11,206 nt of DNA from an uncultured bacterium (lineage in GTDB: Bacteria > CSSED10-310 > CAZUFC01), in NCBI GenBank assembly GCA_964619725.1, contig CAZUFC010000200.1, positions 1-11,206 of the forward strand, written 5' to 3'. Within the stretch, counting starts at the first letter, position 1. Every line of letters begins with the position of its first letter. The notes beneath the pieces were generated by a model, which made no database searches, had not been told where the DNA came from, and saw nothing but the letters and a program-made list of their open reading frames with translations. A program made the position numbers and the translations under genes. Positions 1 to 7,552 of the stretch are shown piece after piece.

Positions 1-184
1 ATTGTCAAAAGTTTTGAAAGAATTGTAACCCCGGCTTGATCAGTCCCAAAAAATCATATTTTCTTGCATTACAATCCAGCAAAATAATTTTGCAGTTTAT
101 AGCCTCCCAAAATCCGTTTTGATCAACTGAACCATGCCTAAAGTCTTTATCCAGGAGCATCTTTTAATCGAAATCGAGCATCCT

Positions 185-1432
185 TTATCGCCAGTTTTTC
201 AATTTTGAAAAGGTCGATTTTATGAGTTGAGAATAATGTTTTTTCCATTTTCTTTGTCCTTCGGTGAAAAATGAATTTTCATCCCATTCCAGGGAGGGAA
301 CGAAGAATTGACGAAGAACGTCAAATTTCTCACTCCATCTGTTCATTAATGTTAAGCCGGCATATCGGCCCAGAAATTCCCGTTGGGGATTAACGTGAGA
401 GAAGAAAATGCAGTCTTTGCCCTTAAAATGTTGAAGAATTTTCTTTTCTGCATAAGGCGCTGCTAATCCGGCAATGGATTCGCATATTTCGGAATTGAGT
501 GATTCAGCCGCTTTCTGGAAGGCCGGGCAGGCGAATGTCGCGTAGCGTATACCCTTGTGCTTGATGAAATCGGCAATTTTCCTATGATTTTCAATTTTTT
601 CGGCTAACAAAGCCAGGTCCATGAGTTTAATGAATTTCAGTTGATGCCGAAGCATGGAATCCGTAGTTTCGAAGCAGTTTAAAATTAAAGAATCCTCGCA
701 GCTAAGCGTCTTTATGGAGAAGCCGTCCAGGGTGAATTCATCCAGACGACTGAAAATATCGTCATCCATCCGCACCTTAAGCATCAAAGGCGTATAAGAC
801 AGCTCGCGATGCAGGTCTATCCCGCGCCGATTATCCGGGTGCTCGCTCCACATGTGTAAGTATTCCGTATTACCCGCCGGAGCCAGAGTAAAATTTTTAT
901 CATTTCGTTCGATTATCTTATAGCCGGCTTTCCGAGTGGTTCGTGCAGCCCGGATATATTGGGACTCAGGCACGAGAAAATCGACGTCGACCATCGGTTT
1001 GTGGTAAGGAGCTCCGTATAATGAATGACTGAAAACCATGCCCTTCAGCAATACAATCTCAATCCCTTTTCTTTTGAACTCTTTCAGCAACTCCAGGCAT
1101 TCTTTCTTCTGAAGCTCATGCCGCTGCTTATTCAATTCGCTCTGTTCAGTGCATCCTTCAGCCAGGGGAGAATCCGGCAAAACATTTTCAACCGTCTGAA
1201 AAATATAATGGAGGACCTGGGCTATACCCTGCATGGCAGCAGCCCTCGGCGCTGCATAATGCTGATTTTCCGTCCAATCCTGCGACAAAAGCCGAAACTC
1301 ATCCAGTTGAGCATCAATGAGGGCGCTGAAAGGAGTTTTATCTTCTTTGATCAGAAACGGATAGACTGATGCAAGCCGACACAAGTCTCGTGAAGTTTTC
1401 TGAAGGTCTTTCCACGAATGGTTTTTCTGCAT
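185..1432 (-). CDS. Nucleotidyltransferase family protein (NTP_transf_5-like)
   Basis: Motifs LLKG-x7-Y...KPMVDVDFLV (DxD metal-binding) and downstream IDLH are typical of this family. Start moved from the ORF-track 1483 to the ATG at 1432 (MQKNHS), which has AGGA 7 nt upstream; about 415 aa. Confidence 0.8.
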   Translation of the reverse strand: MQKNHSWKDLQKTSRDLCRLASVYPFLIKEDKTPFSALIDAQLDEFRLLSQDWTENQHYAAPRAAAMQGIAQVLHYIFQTVENVLPDSPLAEGCTEQSELNKQRHELQKKECLELLKEFKRKGIEIVLLKGMVFSHSLYGAPYHKPMVDVDFLVPESQYIRAARTTRKAGYKIIERNDKNFTLAPAGNTEYLHMWSEHPDNRRGIDLHRELSYTPLMLKVRMDDDIFSRLDEFTLDGFSIKTLSCEDSLILNCFETTDSMLRHQLKFIKLMDLALLAEKIENHRKIADFIKHKGIRYATFACPAFQKAAESLNSEICESIAGLAAPYAEKKILQHFKGKDCIFFSHVNPQREFLGRYAGLTLMNRWSEKFDVLRQFFVPSLEWDENSFFTEGQRKWKKHYSQLIKSTFSKLKNWR

Positions 1433-1731
1433 GTTCAATCCTGTTCTGAAATAAAACGTTAGGGTTGAAATTTCACGTCTCATTACGAGCCGGAACTTTT
1501 GAAACCTTAAAAGCCCCGAGCATTGACGCTACAGGGATTAATCGAACCGCCGCCCAATACCGTCGCTGCATCAAGGTTCTTATTATTATTTTAACTCCAT
1601 CCCAAAGTTATTTCAATAAAGCGGCGATAAATACCCCGGAATATTCGACTGATGAAATCCCCATTAAGAAACTGACCATGACCCGCAACTGTCTGTTTGA
1701 CGAACTGACCGCTTTTTTTGATCAAGGGCCG

Positions 1732-1781
1732 TTTGTTTCGGCATCGGGTTCGGGATCGCAATCGGATTAAGTAATTACGAG
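1732..1781 (-). repeat. Dispersed intergenic repeat, copy D (5' part only, with CGAT-type hexamer tract)
   Basis: Reverse complement ctcgtaattacttaatccgattgcgatcccgaacccgatgccgaaacaaa matches 10935-10972 at 32/38 positions, plus a 12-nt (two-hexamer) insertion. Confidence 0.75.
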
Positions 1782-1825
1782 GAAATATGTTTTGTCATTA
1801 CCAGATTTTTAAAAATTCTCAATTA

Positions 1826-1854
1826 TTCAAGGATGAGAAAATTGCATCCTTGAA
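1826..1854. promoter_or_regulatory. Perfect 10-bp inverted repeat (candidate operator or hairpin) in a divergent intergenic region
   Basis: ttcaaggatg-N9-catccttgaa; function not determinable from sequence. Confidence 0.4.
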
Positions 1855-2005
1855 ACATGGATATTTGATCAATGCTCAGGAAATGTATTATAAATGGTAA
1901 AGTTATGCTGATGGGTCTCAAGCCGTTTTAAGAGTAAAACAAACGGATCATTACCGCAGTTCCAGAAGCGGCATCGGATCATCTAATTCATTGAGGGGAA
2001 TTTTC

Positions 2006-2872
2006 ATGAAGAAAGAAGACGTTAGTGCATCGGCGCTTTTTCTTGCAGTAATAATAATCGGGATCGGGATAACTTATGCCGGCAGCCGGCATGGGTATTC
2101 TCTTTTCGGTATCCCTCTCTTCGCTTTATCGGCAGGAGCGGCTTTTCTGATTCAATGGACGGCTTTTATTCCTGCCTATCTTATTCAGACAGAAAAATTT
2201 TTCGATATTACAGGAAGCGCTTCTTATATAACGGTTACCTTATTTGCTTTATTATTTAGTCCGACGCCTGATTGTCGATCAGTTTTACTTTCAATTTTGG
2301 TTACTGCCTGGGCGCTTCGTCTGGGCGTCTTTCTTCTGCATCGAGTGCGCAAGTCCGGAAAAGACAGCCGATTTGACGAAATTAAACCTTCCTTTATTCG
2401 CTTCTTGAACGTCTGGACCCTGCAGGGATTGTGGGTGACGTTCACCCTGGCGCCTGTTACAGCGGCAATAACGTCTATGCAAAGCCGTGAATTGGGCATA
2501 ATGTGTTTTTTCGGCGTACTGGTCTGGCTTGCAGGATTTTCCATCGAGGTTGCGGCTGACATGCAGAAAACACGTTTCAACTCCGATCCTCATAATAAAG
2601 GCGAATTCATCCGAACCGGACTTTGGGGAAAGTCGCGACACCCCAATTATTTCGGTGAGATAGTGTTGTGGATCGGCATAGCGATAATATGTTTTCCCGT
2701 GCTTAAGGGACTGCAACTTTTAACCCTGCTTTCGCCCCTTTTCGTCTCAATTTTACTGACGCAGATCAGCGGAATCCCTTTGCTCGAAAAAAAAGCCGAC
2801 AAGAAATGGGGAAGCCGTAAGGATTACCAGGAATACAAAGAAAACACGCGGCTGCTGATTCCGCGGCCGTGA
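2006..2872 (+). CDS. DUF1295 family membrane protein (steroid 5-alpha-reductase-like)
   Basis: Multiple hydrophobic helices; motifs EKFFDITGS, WALRLG, GKDSRFDEIK, ADMQK and GLWGKSRHPNYFGE. ATG at 2006 is preceded by GAGGGG (1993-1998). Confidence 0.9.
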   Translation: MKKEDVSASALFLAVIIIGIGITYAGSRHGYSLFGIPLFALSAGAAFLIQWTAFIPAYLIQTEKFFDITGSASYITVTLFALLFSPTPDCRSVLLSILVTAWALRLGVFLLHRVRKSGKDSRFDEIKPSFIRFLNVWTLQGLWVTFTLAPVTAAITSMQSRELGIMCFFGVLVWLAGFSIEVAADMQKTRFNSDPHNKGEFIRTGLWGKSRHPNYFGEIVLWIGIAIICFPVLKGLQLLTLLSPLFVSILLTQISGIPLLEKKADKKWGSRKDYQEYKENTRLLIPRP

Positions 2873-2899
2873 AACACCTTTACTTTATTACCGGACATA

Positions 2900-3985
2900 T
2901 CATCCTAAACTGTTATTACGTCGTCGAGCGATCTTTTCCAGTTCAGCCGTATCGATATCTCGTCCCAGGGCCATCTCCCGGATGAATTCCAGAAACCAGT
3001 CTGCGCCGGCTTCCGTGAAATGCTCAGCCCACCGGTATGAAAGCGCTTCTTCAGGCGAAAGAACGATGCCGACGTCTCCCCTCGGACCGGAATAGAGCTC
3101 AATGGGTTTTACCGTGTTTCCGGGATTGTAAATCACGCCTTTCTGATTCCTGTAGGCAATCTGTATGGGGCGCGTTTTTTTACGCTCAGGAGTAAAAGGA
3201 ATCTCGTAACCGGGAATTGCACCTGTATCTGGGGTTTCAATTTCCTTCTTTTCGAGAAGCTCCGGGTGAACTTCAGCAAAGGCGCTGCATGTCAGGCCGG
3301 TCATTATGAGATGTAAAATCGGAAGCGCCGCGAAAAAATACAGGAGTAGAAGTCCGTATTCATTTTGTGTTGTGAGGTCCGCGGCATGCACCAGGATGGC
3401 GGCCAGCCCCAGGCAGCAAATGACTGCCGGTATCCCTTTTACAAAGATGTTTTTTCGTGAGAAGGCGGCTGTGATGGATTGTTTTACACCGGGGTTGAGA
3501 TGGTTGATTTCCCACCATACCCATTCGGGATATCTTCTGCTGCCGTTCGAGGGCCAGTTTGCGATCCAGGGCAGGATGTACCAGGGCCATAAAGCAAGCC
3601 ATAAAAGGAACCATCCTGCGGTCGTTCCGATCAGGGGCACAAGACCGATAGATTCTTTTTCCCACAGACCGAAGATGTAGGCGCTGATGAAGACGGCAGC
3701 AGCCCAGCCGACAGCGACTATGGATATACCCAGCGTGCCCGCCAGATGTAAAGAGTATCGTGTTAAGATAATATCGACTTTCCGCGGCCTCGGCAGAACG
3801 TTCAGGACATAGGCAGCGCCTCCGGCGTAAAACGGAACTATGAGCAGACTGAACAGGAAAAATTTCAGTCCGCTCAATCCCAATCCCATCAGAAACAGGT
3901 TCAATCCTGCAGGAAAAATGAAAAACAAGAGTCTTCCAATTCCCATCTTCTTTGCATCCTCTCTTCGGACAACGATCCGCGACAT
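2900..3985 (-). CDS. Hypothetical multi-pass membrane protein with a soluble C-terminal domain
   Basis: 361-aa ORF filling the gap between the flanking genes; about 6 hydrophobic segments in the first ~240 aa, then a hydrophilic ~120-aa tail. No family recognised. Confidence 0.7.
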   Translation of the reverse strand: MSRIVVRREDAKKMGIGRLLFFIFPAGLNLFLMGLGLSGLKFFLFSLLIVPFYAGGAAYVLNVLPRPRKVDIILTRYSLHLAGTLGISIVAVGWAAAVFISAYIFGLWEKESIGLVPLIGTTAGWFLLWLALWPWYILPWIANWPSNGSRRYPEWVWWEINHLNPGVKQSITAAFSRKNIFVKGIPAVICCLGLAAILVHAADLTTQNEYGLLLLYFFAALPILHLIMTGLTCSAFAEVHPELLEKKEIETPDTGAIPGYEIPFTPERKKTRPIQIAYRNQKGVIYNPGNTVKPIELYSGPRGDVGIVLSPEEALSYRWAEHFTEAGADWFLEFIREMALGRDIDTAELEKIARRRNNSLG

Positions 3986-4163
3986 GCAACAACAATCCCT
4001 ATGTTACCATATCCTCACAGGGATAAAAAGTCGGGCAATGAAAACATACTTTCAACCATCCGATAATAGCCCGTTTATGCATCAAATACTCGAAGCGCCG
4101 GGCTGCCGATGCACGCCGAGTCAGAATGCTGTTTCGGGCAGACTGCCTGATTATTACCGGTTT

Positions 4164-4192
4164 TTGACTTGCGTGAACCGCTGTGTTACTTT
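4164..4192 (+). promoter_or_regulatory. Putative sigma70-type promoter of the sufC/sufB-like operon
   Basis: TTGACT (4164-4169)-N17-TACTTT (4187-4192) with a TGn extended -10; AGGAG RBS at 4214-4218. Confidence 0.55.
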
Positions 4193-4224
4193 TTTTCGAC
4201 GGGATTAGGAAGCAGGAGAGTATA

Positions 4225-4968
4225 ATGAGTTTACTTGAGATCAAAAATGTTACGCTTTTTCTAAATGGAAAAAAGATACTTGACGGACTTTCCCTGGATG
4301 TGTGGGAAGGTCATGTTCATGCTGTCGTAGGACCAAACGGAGCGGGAAAATCGACTCTGGCTTCAACGATCATGGGACTGTCGGGATACCGCGACGTTCA
4401 GGGAGAGATTATCTACGACGGAGAATCCATTCTTGACCTTGATCTGGATGAACGGGGCCGCAGCGGAATCACGCTGGCGTGGCAGGAGCCGGCCCGGTTC
4501 GAAGGCCTGACGGTTAAGACTTATCTGCAGGCTTCGTCTCACGGCCAGGACAATGAAGTCCTTGAGAAGGTCCTGGAGCAGGTCGGACTGAAGCCGGCGG
4601 ATTATTTAAACCGGGCGGTCGATAAAACGTTAAGCGGTGGAGAACGCAAAAAAATAGAGCTGGCATCCATTCTGGCGATGAAACCGCGCCTGGCGATTCT
4701 GGATGAACCTGATTCGGGAATCGACGTGGAATCGTTGGAGAGGATTTTTGAAGCGGTGAAGGTTCTCAAGGCCGAAGGAACCACAGTTCTTCTCATTACT
4801 CACAGCATGGCGGTGCTTGAACAGGCTGAACATGCTTTTCTAATCTGCTGCGGAAAATTGGTGGAAAAAGGCTCAGTCGATAAAATCAGCCGCTATTTCG
4901 GAGAAAAATGCATCCCTTGCGAGCACAAGAATGAACCTGACATGACCCTTTTGGAAGGGGGCCGATGA
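4225..4968 (+). CDS. sufC: Fe-S cluster assembly ABC ATPase, SufC/SmsC-like
   Basis: Walker A GPNGAGKST, signature LSGGERKK, Walker B ILDEPDSGID (SufC-type), H-loop ITH, C-terminal CC...CIPC. ATG 4225 follows AGGAG. No permease nearby; coupled to a SufB/D-like gene. Confidence 0.9.
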   Translation: MSLLEIKNVTLFLNGKKILDGLSLDVWEGHVHAVVGPNGAGKSTLASTIMGLSGYRDVQGEIIYDGESILDLDLDERGRSGITLAWQEPARFEGLTVKTYLQASSHGQDNEVLEKVLEQVGLKPADYLNRAVDKTLSGGERKKIELASILAMKPRLAILDEPDSGIDVESLERIFEAVKVLKAEGTTVLLITHSMAVLEQAEHAFLICCGKLVEKGSVDKISRYFGEKCIPCEHKNEPDMTLLEGGR

Positions 4969-5894
4969 TGAATACGACCGAACAACTTTTCCGGCATACC
5001 GATACGGACGTCGATGTGCTGAACGATCCTGATACGGCTTATGTCGTATTGAACGAGAATAAAGTGCTGGGTCAAAAAACGGTCCCGGGACTGATCGTGG
5101 ACCTCAAAGAACAGGAAGACGGACTCTGGGCCTCGTTCAGAGTTGAACAGGGGATAAAAATTCCCAAAACGGTCCATTTATGTTTCGGCATGATGCCGGA
5201 ACGGGGCGTTCAGCGCATAGAAATGGAAATAAAACTGGAAAAAGATTCGCATCTGGCTGTGCAGGCTCATTGCGTTTTTCCGGCAGCGGTTGACGTGCAG
5301 CATATCATGAATGCAAAGATCGACCTGGAAGAGGGAGCGCATTATTCCTATGTCGAAAAACACGTTCACAGTCCCGAAGGCGGCATCAAGGTGATACCCA
5401 AAGCTGTAGTCAACCTGGGTCCGGGAGCGCATTACAGGACTGAATTTGCACTTTTAAAAGGTCGTGTTGGCCTCATAGACATTGATTATGAAGCCCATTG
5501 CGAGAAAAACAGCGTACTGGAAATGACGGCGAGAATCAATGGAATAGCTGAAGATTACATTAAATTGAACGAAACGGGATATCTGAACGGTGAAGGAGCC
5601 CGCGGCGCGTTAACCTCCAAAATAGCTGTCCGCGACAAGGCCAAAGCGGAAATACGCAATAAACTTGTAGCTTCTGCACCCTACGCCCGCGGTCATGTAG
5701 ACTGCAAAGAGATAGTACAGGACGAAGCGACTGCTGCAGCCATACCCATAGTGGAAGTGAATCATCCCAAAGCTCACATTACTCACGAAGCCGCCATAGG
5801 AAGCGTCGACCACAAACAACTGGAAACGCTTCTGGCCAGGGGCATCCCTGAAGACGATGCCGTGGAAATGATCATTCAGGGTATGTTGAGTTAA
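4965..5894 (+). CDS. sufB: SufB/SufD family Fe-S scaffold protein, short SmsB-like form
   Basis: 309 aa with motifs VHLCFG, ARGHVDCKEIV and HEAAIGSVD..QLETLLARG. ATGA overlap with the upstream stop suggests translational coupling. Confidence 0.88.
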   Translation: MMNTTEQLFRHTDTDVDVLNDPDTAYVVLNENKVLGQKTVPGLIVDLKEQEDGLWASFRVEQGIKIPKTVHLCFGMMPERGVQRIEMEIKLEKDSHLAVQAHCVFPAAVDVQHIMNAKIDLEEGAHYSYVEKHVHSPEGGIKVIPKAVVNLGPGAHYRTEFALLKGRVGLIDIDYEAHCEKNSVLEMTARINGIAEDYIKLNETGYLNGEGARGALTSKIAVRDKAKAEIRNKLVASAPYARGHVDCKEIVQDEATAAAIPIVEVNHPKAHITHEAAIGSVDHKQLETLLARGIPEDDAVEMIIQGMLS

Positions 5895-5902
5895 CCCGCG
5901 TT

Positions 5903-6002
5903 CGGAAAGCTCCCGTTAATTGATTATTGCGGCTGCGATACAAAATTATGGGATATTCTATCGAATTGTAACCTCAAAAGAGGCTTTTCTGAACAATGCC
6001 GG
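5903..6002 (+). repeat. Dispersed intergenic repeat, copy A (most complete)
   Basis: 5936-6002 matches the reverse complement of 7354-7420 at 58/67, including 21 consecutive identities (tcgaattgtaacctcaaaaga). 5903-5940 aligns with gaps to the start of copy C (from 10925). Confidence 0.9.
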
Positions 6003-6037
6003 AAAACAGCCGGGCGGATCGGGGCATCTCTTTCCTT

Positions 6038-7180
6038 TCAAAATTTCAGGACATGCGCAGTTCCACGAGAAAGGACATGCCAGGCGTTATTTATGCCTTT
6101 CGAGCGAAAAGCGCCCATGAAGTAATGCACCAGCGTGGCGGTTCTTCCTTTGAGGCGAGTTCCGAGGAGGGTCCGACCGCATGAACGGGCATTAGCCATA
6201 GGGATAATGAAACCCAGGTCCGTAAATTGCAACGGCTTAGTTTGCTTTCCTTGATCCAGGGCAATAATATTGTATGCCGCCTTCGCGCCGCTTTGTTGTG
6301 AAGCCTGGGCGCTCATACGAAAGCAATCTTCCTGATCCCTGAGGTTAAAGCAGGCTGCATCCCCCACAGCGAAACAATTTTCCTTGAATCGCAGGTCTTT
6401 TCCGACTTTCAGCCGGCCCTGCGAATTAGCCGGGAAGTCCCATTTCTGAACAAGCGAATCGCTTTGCATGCCTGCGGTCCATATCACGCAGGCATTATCG
6501 ATCATCTCGCCGTCCGACAGCTCAACGCTTGCGGAATCAATATCTTCTACTTTAGTATTCGTGCGCACTGTTATGTTCATTCTTTTCAGGTTTTCGATCG
6601 TGTAATCGATCATCCACTGAGGCGTTGAACTTAAAATCGTATTTTTCATTTCCAGAATCTCAATGGGCGATTGTATTCTGATTTTCTGAAGGGCGATACG
6701 CAAATGGGTCGCTATTTCAACTCCTGTGTATCCTCCTCCGCAAATCAAATACCGATCAGTACGCTCCTGTTCTAGTTTCCGGGTAATTTCCTCTGCGTCC
6801 GCGCAGTTTTCCAGTTTCAGCGAATATCTTTCGAGCTTTTCATTGCCGAAAAAATTTACCCGGGAACCCGTAGCGACGATGAGATAGTCATAGTCTACTT
6901 TTTTTCCCGATTTCAGCAGGACGCTGTTTTGATCGAAATCAGTATCTACTGCCTCGTCATGAATGAACTCAAAACTCATTTTTCGAGCATAGGAAGCCAG
7001 CGGAAACTTCAGTACTGGAAGGGATATGGTGCGGCTGACCGCATCAGGAAGCAGCAGTCGCATATGCATTTCAGGGAAGCGATTGACAATCGTCAGAGAA
7101 AAATGCGGTCTTACCCGGAGCAGCGCCCCGGCCGCAGCCAGGCCGGCAAAACCTCCTCCTATGATGCAGACCTTTTTCAA
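6038..7180 (-). CDS. NAD(P)/FAD-dependent oxidoreductase, type II NADH dehydrogenase-like
   Basis: Two Rossmann motifs (GGGFAG, GGGYTGVE), ATGS, WTAG, AVGDAA and an AQASQQ segment resembling the NDH-2 AQxAxQ motif. TTG start with AAAGGAG upstream. Confidence 0.85.
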   Translation of the reverse strand: MKKVCIIGGGFAGLAAAGALLRVRPHFSLTIVNRFPEMHMRLLLPDAVSRTISLPVLKFPLASYARKMSFEFIHDEAVDTDFDQNSVLLKSGKKVDYDYLIVATGSRVNFFGNEKLERYSLKLENCADAEEITRKLEQERTDRYLICGGGYTGVEIATHLRIALQKIRIQSPIEILEMKNTILSSTPQWMIDYTIENLKRMNITVRTNTKVEDIDSASVELSDGEMIDNACVIWTAGMQSDSLVQKWDFPANSQGRLKVGKDLRFKENCFAVGDAACFNLRDQEDCFRMSAQASQQSGAKAAYNIIALDQGKQTKPLQFTDLGFIIPMANARSCGRTLLGTRLKGRTATLVHYFMGAFRSKGINNAWHVLSRGTAHVLKF

Positions 7181-7353
7181 TTCAGCGCATCTCCTTTAAT
7201 GCGGCATGTCGATTGATTCCCGCAACTCAAGTATTAAGCGAACCGCTATACAGACATTCATCAACTCTGGAAAGATTTTCCCAAAATCCCGAAAATCGTT
7301 CCGCCTTGCTACTGTTTAAAATTCTAGTTCATTTCCCGGGCAATATCAAATAA

Positions 7354-7420
7354 CCGGCATTGATCAAAAATGTGTCTTTTGAGGTTACAATTCGACAGAA
7401 TATCCCATCATCTTGTTTCG
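7354..7420 (-). repeat. Dispersed intergenic repeat, copy B
   Basis: Inverted copy of 5936-6002 (58/67); its first 32 nt on the minus strand match 10964-10995 at 29/32. Confidence 0.9.
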
Positions 7421-7465
7421 ATTTCGATCACGATTGCGATACCGACGCCGATACTGACGCCGATT
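7418..7465. repeat. Degenerate hexamer tandem array (nCGAyn x8)
   Basis: tcgatt tcgatc acgatt gcgata ccgacg ccgata ctgacg ccgatt, directly abutting repeat copy B. Confidence 0.85.
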
Positions 7466-7552
7466 ACTAAAAGTAAATGCTTTTTGTCCATGAACAGCGA
7501 ATTTTTCCCCAATACTGCGTCAGTCTTCGGATTTGCTCAGTCCCAAATAACC

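Noticed and set aside
1457-1600. Integron attC site suggested by GTTAGGG
   Set aside because: No complementary RYYYAAC box at a suitable position, no cassette array and no integrase.
1649-1671. Hammerhead ribozyme-like CTGATGA...GAAA
   Set aside because: The bases that must close stem II are A and A, and no flanking stems I or III could be found.
1465-1770. 101-aa plus-strand ORF
   Set aside because: TTG start without a clear RBS, no recognisable motifs, and its SASGSGSQSD end is simply translation of the hexamer repeat tract.
5972-5990. Intrinsic terminator cctc-aaaa-gagg-ctttt after the Fe-S operon
   Set aside because: Only a 4-bp stem; it lies within repeat copy A and is not conserved in copy B.
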